From Amoebidium appalachense (taxonomy: Eukaryota > Protista > Ichthyosporea), in contig CAVNZM010000017.1 in NCBI GenBank assembly GCA_963693365.1, positions 535,989 to 599,988 of the forward strand: DNA of 64,000 nt, written 5' to 3'. The position numbers and the translations under genes are program-made. A model generated the notes under the pieces. That model saw only the letters and a program-made list of their open reading frames with translations, was not told the origin of the DNA and did no database searches. Shown in pieces: positions 52,995-64,000 of this stretch (positions are counted from its first letter, which is position 1; each line of letters starts with the position of its first letter).

Positions 52995-54486
52995 CCTTAT
53001 GACGCACTCCGGCTCAATCCGACGGGTGTGCATTAATCCTTCCTTCGAGTCGAACCATCCTCTGAGAGCCTTCGTATCCGTCAAGCGATTACAATCTCTG
53101 ATTTGCACCTCTCTTAGGTTTGGAAAACCACTTGCTGGAACGGGACCCAACGATTCCAAATTAATGCAAGAATCCAGACACAAGCGCTCCAAGTGTGGGT
53201 AGCGTGGCAGGTCGAGCACTAATTCCTCTCTGAGAGTGGCGGAATAAAAAGACACATGACACAACGAAAGCGACTTGAGTGCTTAAAGTTCCGACATTAC
53301 AGCCCCTGGCCATTTGATAATATTGAAATCCACGTGTGTGAGTGTGTCTTTGGACGAGTCCATATCTCCCCCATCATAATAATCAGCATCGAAGTAGTGT
53401 TGTGTATCCACACTAAGTTTTTCCAAACACTCGGTGTGAAGGCGCGGGAAACGTCCATTCTCCAGTTTGCAATCCACACTGGTAAGCACCGTGCTTATAA
53501 GATCGACTTCGGCCGAATATACATCGAATCAAGCGCTTTTTAGACGTGGGAGTGGTGGCAAGCCGAGTATGACAACCTTCCCGTGAATCTCCGAATGTTC
53601 AAGGTTTACACGCCTTTTCAAAAAGAGAGTAGTCAAATCCATCCCCCGTGTACACCCCTCCGGTTACCGACAATTCGAGCCGCGTGAGCAGAGAGCAAGT
53701 ACTCAAAAACTTCAAACGGTACGGCCATTCGTAAATATTACGATCGAGAAGATTTCCCCCCACGTGTAAGGTGCAAACGTTCGGTATCGAATGCATAAAC
53801 TCGGTCAGCGCATCGTCATTTAGGCAACAAGAGTGGTAGGAAAAATCCGTGATAGACTCGTTGGGTTTTTGCAATGGTGTGGGAAGGTCGCAGTTGCGTA
53901 GCTCCAAGCGGGTTAGGTTGCTGCATTCCTTCAGTACCAAACGCACATAAACACTTGCTCTTGGGCTGTGGTTCTACTGAATTGGGAAACTCTAGAGATA
54001 CACTTTTCAGGGTAGGGGGCAGTGTTGCTATCAAGGATGTAAAAACGTCCAGTGAGGCTTGAGTGCGCTTTTCCTTGCATTTCGCGAGGGTAAACCGGAG
54101 GTTCTGAGTGTTTTTCAGTAATTTGACGTGGTTGGCTATGGTGCACTTGTATTCTGATTACGTTCTAAGACTTTTCTCGGGGGCAAGGTCGGTGCATTCC
54201 ACACCCAAGTCTGTAATCGATTTACCCATTTCTGTGTGCACCGGATCACATTTTTAGTATTGGCACCACAACTTCTGTTTGAATGACTGTTACCTAGAAC
54301 GAGGTTCAAAGTGAGAGGGAGGTCGGTGGCCCCCGGGACTATGGAGTTGAGTTTCCAGCACGTAAGCGCGAGGTTGCAGCGGTCGGAATGTGAAAGGGTG
54401 GAGGCGATGCGGTGGATGAGCTCTGGGGGCAGGGCAAGCATGGGACAGCCTATGTGTGTGCAGGGGGCCGGGTTAGCGCTTTTCAT
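52995..54486 (-). pseudogene. F-box/LRR pseudogene (copy A)
   Basis: F-box MLALPPELIHRIASTLSHSDRCNLALTCWKL, then LRR units spread over several frames with stops near 54136, 53599, 53528 and 53283. Confidence 0.85.
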
Positions 54487-54822
54487 CGATGACTCAGGAA
54501 CCAAGTTGAAGTATCTTTATACTGCGGCCTCGTGTCACGTGCAAACCTTATTATCTGGGTTCTACGTATACGGGTGCTTGCATGTGAGTGCCCTGGTAAA
54601 TGCTTAGGCACAGTGTGACCAGAGAAAGAAAAAGATCACCACGTGTAACAGTTTGAACCCCCCCCCCCCCCCAAAAAAAAAAAAAAAACATAAATAAATA
54701 AATACAAGAGGGGGGGGGGGGGGGGGGGGGGGGGAGGGGGAAGAGGAAAACAGAAAAGAAAAAGGAACTTCAAGAGGAATGCCTTTGCAGCATGGCAAGC
54801 GAGCAAGAAAGAAAACGAGGGG

Positions 54823-54857
<35 letters not shown>

Positions 54858-55244
54858 TCCCCCTCCCATTCCCCCCTCTCCCCTCCTCGCCCCCTCCTTC
54901 CGCTCTCCCTCGAGCATTCACTACCCATCCCATTTATGCATACACACTCCCACACATGTGATCGCTCACGCTTCACACTCCCTGCCCCACCATCCAATTT
55001 TTCCTCATCGGCACTTTGTCCCACTCCCCCCCCCCCTCCCCCCCTCCCCCCCTCCCCCCTCCCCCTCCAACCCCCCCCCCCCCCCCCCCCCCGCCCCCCG
55101 CCCCTGCCCCTGCCCCCGCCCTGCCCCCTCCTCCTATCCCCCCCCCCCCCCCCCCCTCCCCCCCTCCCCCTTCCCCCACCCCCTTCCTTTTAATGCCTCC
55201 CCTTTTGGTTCGATTTTCCGAACCACGCCGTTACACAGAATCCC

Positions 55245-55275
<31 letters not shown>

Positions 55276-55798
55276 AAAAAAAAAAAAAAGAAGAAGAAGA
55301 AGAAGAAATTTGACATGTAGTTGCAAGACCAAACAACCTAGAAGGACACAAGATGAGAGAGACCGGGAGAAAAGAGAAGAGAGAAGAGCAAAGAGGGAAA
55401 GAAGGGAGAGAGAAAAGAGGAGAGAGAAAAGAGGAGAGGGGAGAGCGAGAGAGCAGAAAGAAGACAGAAGAACGAAGAGATACGAAAGACCTATAGATAC
55501 AAAAGGGAGGGAAAGAAAGCAGGGGCAGAAGGGGCGGAAGGGGCGGAAGGGAGGGAAGGGAGGGAAGGGAGGGACGCCAGGGTGTCACTGAGGAGGGAGG
55601 GGGGGAGGGAAGGTGGCTCACAGGACATCAACTACATCAACAAAGTTTAGTGTTACCTTGTTCGCACGAGTCGGCCCCTGGCGGCTCCTCGCCCTTATGC
55701 TTTTTCTCTAGTGACATCCTTTCCAACACTTTCCAACCCCTTGCTAGGGAAAAACAACCGTTATAATGTTTATCGAGAAAACAACACTAAAATGTTAC

Positions 55799-55843
<45 letters not shown>

Positions 55844-56415
55844 AACTTTAGCTAATGTTTTATCCCGTGCAGAGCCTTAGAGAGATTAGACAGACTACTA
55901 CAGTACACCAAAAATGTTTGTTGGGTACGTATACCAAGAGTGGATACAAAACAAAAATTGAGGTCAACGTAAAGTCATCTCCTTTTATATAGTTCCCGAT
56001 GTTAGCGACTGTCTCACATGATCCAATAGGAACACAGGCATAATTCCCATTAACGGCTATAAATAAAAACCCCGAACCGTACATGCCATGACGTGCAATT
56101 AATCGGACCTCTATTTATTCTCCCAGTGTCGTGTGCAAAAACGGTTGGTTCACGTGTTAAGTGTCTTGACATGCCGAGTCATAAGTGGGGTAAAACACAC
56201 GACGTGCCAATTATGAATAACAGTAGGGATGACGTAAGTGCACGGCAAGCATTACATCGAAGTGACGCTGTTTATTATTTTGGATGTCTTTGCATGGTTT
56301 GGACGGATGTGTGTTGTGTATTCTGTCCGTGTACACATGTCACATGTACAGGTTACTGTGCACGTGTCGCCTACTAATACGATAGGAGTCCCTAGCTACA
56401 TTAGGGCCTTTGTTC

Positions 56416-56418
<3 letters not shown>

Positions 56419-56450
<32 letters not shown>

Positions 56451-56740
56451 CCCCCCCCCCCCCCCCCTCCCCCCCCCTCCCTGCCCATTGGTTGTGCAAA
56501 CATCTGAAAGTCCACAGGATTGGGGTGTGTGTGCATGTAGGTCTGCAGCTGGGGTAGCAATTCACGCCGACACACGTGTGTGTGTGTGCGTGTGTGTCGG
56601 AGGGAGGATGAGGGGGGGGGGGGGACACGTGTGTCGGCGTGAATTGCTACCCCAGCTGCAGACCTACATGCACACACCCCAATCCTGTGGACTTTCAGAT
56701 GTTTGCACAACCAATGGGCAGGGAGGGGGGGGGGGGGGGG
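56419..56740. repeat. Near-perfect inverted repeat, arms ~56470-56579 and 56625-56740
   Basis: CCCTCCCTGCCCATTGG...CGACACACGTGT is mirrored with one 2 nt indel; ~45 nt spacer; flanked by poly-C and poly-G. Confidence 0.95.
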
Positions 56741-57938
56741 ATTCAAACACGGCCTACTAGTAGGGGGAAGCCTTCTACGAACCAGGGTGCTCCAGATATT
56801 CCTACTGTCGGTTTCTTTTTCTTCGCGCCAAAACTTCCCGCCCAAATTACTATATTTTGCTCCTCGAAACGATCGCGCGCGAATCATTGGTCCATACAAT
56901 TTTCTTGAGAATGCCATATTCCTATATATTTTTTTTTAGCCATTAACGTTCCTGAAATTCCGGATTAAATCTCTTTATAATAGCCTGGTCGATTGCTGGC
57001 ATCACCTGCTATCCCAACGGGGCACTACTTTTTGTTGAAATTTCGAAAGTCAAATAGTATGATATTTTCCAGGCACAATTAATACCCATTCATGGCTAAT
57101 AATTTAGCCTAGCCATTAAATGTTGACCCCCACTAGCTGAGTTTATCATGCTGCAGCTTTAAGACGTCCAACGGTTAAATTTTCGTATTTGGTTTATCTT
57201 GTACGCGTTGGATATCACGTAAACACAAAGCTATCTCAGTGACTATCTCGTTGTGTCTATATGGACGGCGGTACTATATATCGATTTTTGTGCACACAGT
57301 GGGGTTTGTACATGTTAAAGGGGTTTCTTTTTGGCCGCTTTATGGGCCATTTTGGGCCAAGCCAAAATGTTGTTTGGTGCGCACTTAGCCAATCACAAAG
57401 CATAAATCGCTTTCGGGTCTGACCCGACCCGAATTCCTATAAGAAACCCACTGCGGAAATACATATAGTGCACACATGTGTAGTGCAGAATTACAGAAGG
57501 CCACATTCGTATTTATTTGGTGTCTTGGCTCAGATTTGCACACCAGGTGCCTGCCGTAAATATATTATCATGGTATATCTGAGTTTTCACGCATCGCACC
57601 ATTTCTATATATGGTCGCATCTTCGCGTTCACATAGCGTCATGTACATAACAACTTCTCTAAACACACACGTACGACATTTGTATTATCCATCATATGAT
57701 ATAGGCATCCAACTTCCTCTCTTTTCTCAGTAATCTCAACGTAACAATGTTTCAAAAATGCAACCTGCGCACATGTACAGGTGCAACACGTGAGGGGGGA
57801 GAGAATACCACGGTTAAATATATACCACACATTCATACGGTCCACAACTTTACACGCGCGAAAACCCAAAGAACCTCTAACTTACTTTACAGAAATATCA
57901 ATGAAAGCGACAACATATTGCATAATGTTCACAAAGCA

Positions 57939-57974
<36 letters not shown>

Positions 57975-58206
57975 GACGGGCCCCATGCCATCCACAATAG
58001 AACCTTTTTGTACGAAGCTCAACTCTCGTATCATAAATAACGAATCGACATGCAACTTCAAACCAATATGTTACTAGATCCGTTGCATATCACACACCAC
58101 CAACCAACCCGCCTCTTGCCCTCACCCCCCTTCAAACCTTTCAAAACATAAACAATTCACACACAGGCCCTTTCGCCTCTCCTATCCCCCCCCCCCCCCT
58201 CCCCCT

Positions 58207-58454
58207 CTACATGCTGATGCTACCAGCAGCCCTTCTCCTGCGCATGCGCTGCTTGAGCCTGTCCACGGCCACGTAGGCAAGGAGGGGTGGCCCCCACAGG
58301 GGTGACGTCAGCAGCAGGGCCAGCCTCAGTGCGACCTGCTCCAGGGCATCGAGGGGGCACTGGTGGCCGCCCCACGCCGTCTTGCAGTCCTAAAATGGGT
58401 TAGGTGGGTTAGGGTAGGTCGTAGGGGGGAGAGGATGTGCACGTGGGTGGGTTG

Positions 58455-58526
<72 letters not shown>

Positions 58527-58573
58527 GTGTCCGTGCATGTGTTTGGGGGGGGGGGGGGGGGGGGAAGGGGTGT

Positions 58574-58610
<37 letters not shown>

Positions 58611-59429
58611 CGTGTTGTGTGTGTGCGTCCGTCCACACATGTGTATCCATGTCTGTTGCAGACAGGGCTAGTACAGCAGGATGAAAGGAGAACCACCGGC
58701 AAAGAGGGAAGGTGGGGATGGGGGGAGGGATGCATTCATCTAAGGTTAGCAAACATGAAAACAAACCGCTTTAAAAAGAGATCAAACAATTGTGCCAGTA
58801 AAAGACACGATTAGATAGCCCATTATCAAGGGTACTCCCATGCATCCACAAGAAAACGTGCTTCAACTCTTTAACCTCTGGTCAACATCATGAGATTATT
58901 TGCTTCAATAAACCGAAAGGAAAAAGCGGGGGGGGGGGGGGGGGGGGGGGGGGAGGGAGGAGGGGGGGAGAGAGGGAAGGGGGGGGGGGGGGGGGGGGAG
59001 CACATGATATGTTCATTAAAGAACGAAAGACCCAGAAGCAGGGATCCTTGGGAGACAGATAACGGGAAAAAAAACAAAAAAAAAACAAAAAAAAACACCA
59101 ATCTGACACCGAACGCCGGTGCAGCAGACAAGACACACCTAAACCGAGCCCACAATAAAGAGAAAGAGGGGGGAGGAGAGATGGTAGGAAGACAAAAGCA
59201 AAAAACCAAGGGAAAAAAAAAACAAAACAAACAAAAACAAAAAACAAACAAAAAAAAAAAACAGAACACATTGATTTTCAGGCGAAGAACATAAATGAAA
59301 CATGTCTACGTGGGTGTGCCCGTGTCTTGCCTGCGCATATCCTGCTTGTCGAAGCAGCCGTATATTCACACTTCACGCGCACGTAAGCATGGGCGGGGAA
59401 GAGTTTTTTTTTTTTTTTTTTGGGTGTGT

Positions 59430-59473
<44 letters not shown>

Positions 59474-59482
59474 ATATGCGTG

Positions 59483-59523
<41 letters not shown>

Positions 59524-60466
59524 CGCCTTCCTCCCCGGCCACCACCCACCCACCCACATACACAATACCCGCCTCACTCCCACATAAAATCTCTCTGTTT
59601 CGGCGTTTGTGTTCTAGACATACACCTAAAAGAAAAACATACACGTGCATGCAAGTAACACAGCTCCAAGAGAAAGGGAAGGGGGGGAAGAAGGGGAGGA
59701 GAGAGGGTGGTTGTGGTCGAGAAGTGGAGGCGGGATTGGCGTGTAAACCCACCCAACAGAATTCATATCCACACTGGGTGCACACCATATGGCGGCACCC
59801 CTTGTTCTTCTCTATGGCCGACCTGCACTTGGGGCACGTACGTGTGTGTGTGGCCCTCCACAGTTCGCTTCGTGCACGCGCAGTCCATTTCCCATGTTCC
59901 CTTTCGTGCGGTGCGCGTACAAATGGCGTGTTTGTGACGAAGTTGTACAGACAGTTCGAGCACATTCTACCGTTTTCTGTGCGTGGGGTGTCACATTGCG
60001 GGCACTTGCTGATAATCTGCTCGAAGTATCTGCTCACTGTGATGGTTTCAGTCGCCACCCTCACCGCCTGTTGTGTCCACATGAGAAGAACATCATCCAT
60101 GATGAAACTGTAGGCGCAGTTGTCTGGGCAGGCGATGGGACAGTGTGATCGATCCTCGAGAATGTGATGTGTCAGCCAATCCACCAGACATGGGCAACAG
60201 TACATCCTTTCGTTGTCCCTGCACACCCAGACCTTAGTGTCATCAACCAAATACTCGAGACAAATGGAGCAGATCCGCGTGTAAGATTCTGGTTGGTTTC
60301 CAGCCGTGTGCACACCATGGGAGGATGGGGACGCTTCGAGTGCGAGAAATTCGTATGGCGTCATTTCTGTGCTGGGTTCTTTCTCGTCCTGTCCCCGTGA
60401 GAATGAGGATGGTTCGGGCACGTAGCCATCAACCACAGTTTGCGCGTCATTTTCACTGGCTGACAT
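58207..60466 (-). CDS. RBR E3 ubiquitin ligase, RNF144/RNF217-like architecture, ~298 aa (exons 60466-59753, 58389-58207)
   Basis: RING1 [22 protein letters not shown]; reduced IBR CPQC..CSNC; RING2 [28 protein letters not shown]|[11 protein letters not shown]; hydrophobic tail [20 protein letters not shown] followed by a basic end. Confidence 0.88.
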
Positions 60467-60929
60467 TCTAAAAAATTCGTTTGGGATGACACTGGTGTTT
60501 GTGGTTTTTTGTTTACTTGCAAGAACTTTCAAAGTGTAGTATTTACAGAAGGAAGAACAAAAGAGGAGAGTCAAACAGGATGATCTAACTGATCTACAAA
60601 GCTGACTGCCCCTACAAAAAGCAATCTGTCTTTTCCTTGCTCAAGCTGGCATCAACATGTTTTACCCCAAGGCAAACTGCTATAAGTGTTGCTTAGCCGT
60701 CTACGAAAACACACGTGCACGCCAGCAACACTACGTCGCGTAGCCAACGTGAGCACATGTGGACAACACATAAATCAGCACCCAAAAACATGAATTCACC
60801 AAACGACCTCCAGATGGAATCGTGAACAGTCGAAACAACGATTGAAATGGACGGAAGTGAAAAGGGGGAAAAGAAATCAAAAAATAAAGACCCCCTGTTC
60901 TTAAAGCCTTCGAATCATCACCCTATGTT

Positions 60930-61240
60930 TCAATCTATTCTTCACATACACCCATGCCAATCCGCTTTCCGTAAAAACAATTCATGTTATGTTCAAATAA
61001 TGGCACTGCACGATTCTATGCAAGTTGGTGCACAATATGTTGGTTTTATTGATTGGAAAACTGCTTACGATTCTGTCTCCCCTGGTCTCCTATGGGAAAA
61101 GCTTGCTGCACGGGGTGTACCACACTGCCTTGGTGTTTTGTTAGAAGCACTCTTGTCTCAAACCTAGAGCTGTTTTTCTCGTACTAGAGGTCTCTTGCAC
61201 TTGCCATTGCTTAGCCCCTATTTATAGACGATTTGGCTGT
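60930..61240 (+). pseudogene. Degenerate LINE RT core fragment
   Basis: HPCQSAFRKNNSCYVQIMALHD..FIDWKTAYDSV..LWEKLAARGVP..FSRTRGLL..LLSP..IDDLA, with deletions and a stop. Confidence 0.88.
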
Positions 61241-62016
61241 CAAGATTTATGCCGAAAAAGAATATTCCATTTGTCGTAACTGCGCAGTTGCCGCAGCCTC
61301 AAGCACGTGCGAAGCCCAGCGGCTTGTTCCAACTTCCAAGAGCAGCAAGGGGCACGTGCGACCAGCAAAGGGCACGTGCGACCCCCCCCGTCAGCAAGTT
61401 GGGCATCGGCTGCATTCCCAGTGCAGCCGAGGGTATTGGCTGCGCAGCTGGCAACAAAAAAAAGAAGACACAGGCTTCACCCTTTCTGATGGATTACAGT
61501 GTGGACTGGATATGGGCACCAGGTCGGACGGGCACTTTTGGAGGTGCCCTTATCCAGATGTGCCGATATCCAGATGTTTAGGGAGATACACGCACCGTGA
61601 CAGTTCGGTGCAGTGAGCTTTTGAGACATGGAGGGCACTGTTGGTGGTGGTGAGGATTGTCAGGCGAGGTTAGGGACAATTTCGTTTTCGTTAATTTCGT
61701 TTTTGTAGCTGTCTGCATGTTTTCCTGCATAACCCTTTCTCCTGACACACACACTCACACTGCCACCCGCAGATAAACTGCATCAACACCCGGACTTTTG
61801 GTCTGTTTAGAATCCCGCTTGTGTGGTCTTCCCTCCCCTTGAAACCAGAAAACCTTGACTCGGCAGATGGTGCCTTTGTTCCTGCCGACATGAGAGCGGC
61901 CATAGTGCAGCATTTGATTCATTAATGGTTGGCTGTGCCACTGGTGGGCCTGGTGCCAGAGAAATGCACATCACGTTGTCCATCATGAATGCTTATGAGT
62001 CGATGCTTTCTGGCAG

Positions 62017-62047
<31 letters not shown>

Positions 62048-62985
62048 ACCCTGCGGACACACACACACACACACACAAACACGCAAACTGATCGCCATGG
62101 CGAATGTCTTGTGGGGCAATCTCCTGGCAGCGCATACAGTGCGCAAGGACCCCTTCCCCCGGCCCCTCCCCCCCGGCCCCACGCACATACAGACACATAC
62201 ACACACTCAGCTTCGACTTCCCGTGTCATGCCCCCCAGCCCCCCCCTTCCCCTCTTACACACACACTTAGCTTCCCCTGCGCCCACCCCCCCCCCCCCCC
62301 CCCCCCCCCCAATCACCACACACCCACACCCACACACAAACTGATAGCTGTCCGTTGATGTTATTGAGTCCATGCCTCGTGCCAGCCCCTGCCGTGCGCG
62401 CAGCTCCTTTCCCTTCCCCCCCCTCCCCCCCACCCTCCCCCTTTCCCTGGCCTCACGCACACACACACACACATCCATACACAGCTTCGAATTCCTCTAC
62501 CATGCCCCCCCTACCCCCCCCCCCTTCCCTTGTCCCCCCCTGCGCCCCTTGCATGCGCTTTCTAAACGCTTTTTCCTGGGCTTTTTCATACCTGATCTTA
62601 GACGCTTTAAAGTATCCCATTCAAACTACTGCACCAGTGAGAACCAGGAGGAGATTGAGGAGGAATAAGGGATAAAGAGGTAAAAAGGTAAGAAGTAAAA
62701 GTAGTAGGTGGTGAAAGGTGTTGAAAAAAGAAGTAAGCCTAGTAAAATAGCCAAGGGTTTGAAATGCAGGACTTAACTTCTTTTTGTTCAGGTGTATACG
62801 TAGCCTACAACGACAAGCAAACAAGTGTGCACTGTACGTGGGGCATGTGAGTGGCACTCTGCAAAGCTTCGAACCCTGTTTTGCGCAGCGATACTGTGGT
62901 CTGATTGGGCCTCGGGCCGGACGAAGTCGAAACATTTTGGCAGCTACTTTCTGACCTCCTAGATCCAAAACCTCTATCTCCCTAG

Positions 62986-63020
<35 letters not shown>

Positions 63021-64000
63021 CTCCCTCCCTCGGTCAGTTGCCGTTGTCGAATTTTTTTTAACCATGATACAACTTATGACAGCCCCAATTGTGCCATCAA
63101 GACGTCTAGGGTGTCTTGGTGTTGATTTTAATAGCTGCCCTTGGGTGATATATAGTAGTCTAGTACTTTGATCAAGAACAAAAACAAAAACAAATTGCAT
63201 CTATGTCAGTGTACACGTGCACAGCACACACATGTGAGATAGGGTGCCTAAGGCCCATAGAATCACACCATTACCAATTTGTGAATATTATTTCATATTC
63301 CAGATTTTGGTCGACCGTGCCATCGCCATCGCGCAATGGCACATATGATAATAATCAACTTTTGAATAATCATTTCCCGGTCCCACTACCATGCACCTAT
63401 ACATGTATTTACAGCCACAAATTCACTGATTTAACTAATATAGACCGTTCTCTGCCATGATACCACGACCACATCCCCCATCACAAAATTGCGCTAACTG
63501 TACACCACCGTCGCTAGGGGTAGCCCATCTAAAACTAACTAGATTATCATATGGATATGCAATTAAACTATCCATATTGCACAGAATTATTTCAGTTACT
63601 TGTTTCTATACTAACCCGCAAATTGAACCGTTCTGCCAATATTAGCAGTACATTTTTCAGAAAATGCCGAATTGGCATTCTCCCCCCCCCCCCCCCCCCC
63701 CCCCCTCTCAAAACGCACCCACACGCACGCACACACGGACGCACGCACACACACACACACACACGCGCGCGCGCACGCGCGCACACACACACACACACCC
63801 ACACACACACAACCAGACCCCAAATCACCACATTCCAAGCACACATTCGATGGACGCTTCAACCACACCCAAACCGCATACCATGCACGTTCCAAGCACC
63901 CTTAAACCTCACTATAACCTCACGGTGTCAGACAATCTGTGATTCCGGATCTTAGGAGTTTGAAGCCATTGTCGTTGCCAAATTAACCACAATCTAAGCA

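Noticed and set aside
63200-63660. Possible further LINE C-terminal remnant
   Set aside because: Only vague similarity; diagnostic motifs not recoverable.

Overview
Intron-rich eukaryotic genomic DNA. Introns and intergenic spacers are saturated with poly-C/poly-G runs and (CA)n/(GT)n/(GA)n microsatellites, so most ORFs in the supplied track are artefacts. The first ~13.3 kb is a nest of mobile elements. The right part of a spliced Plavaka (CACTA/CMC-like) DNA transposon (transposase, a 3 x ~570 bp array, a second spliced Cys/His gene, subterminal repeats, CCCGG end) interrupts the integrase of a chromodomain Ty3/Gypsy element. That element's chromodomain is split by a 5'-truncated, tail-less LINE flanked by a GAGAG target-site duplication. 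Its 3' LTR abuts a CCCGG-ended MITE remnant and older LINE debris. At least six diverged pieces of this LINE family occur across the window. Host genes that look intact: a multi-exon triple-AP2 protein, a carbonyl-reductase-like SDR, a C2H2-like protein and an RBR E3 ligase with a hydrophobic tail. Broken genes: a 5'-only GH20 hexosaminidase, a gene ending in a rabenosyn-like helical hairpin, and two F-box/LRR pseudogenes. Unexplained non-coding structures: an AT-rich multi-period repeat block (25.5-27 kb), a near-perfect ~110 bp-arm hairpin (56.4-56.7 kb) and several local duplications. The host cannot be identified from this window; a Plavaka-rich protist such as an ichthyosporean is only a guess. 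All gene models were built by hand from GT-AG sites and reading-frame continuity; no database searches were run.
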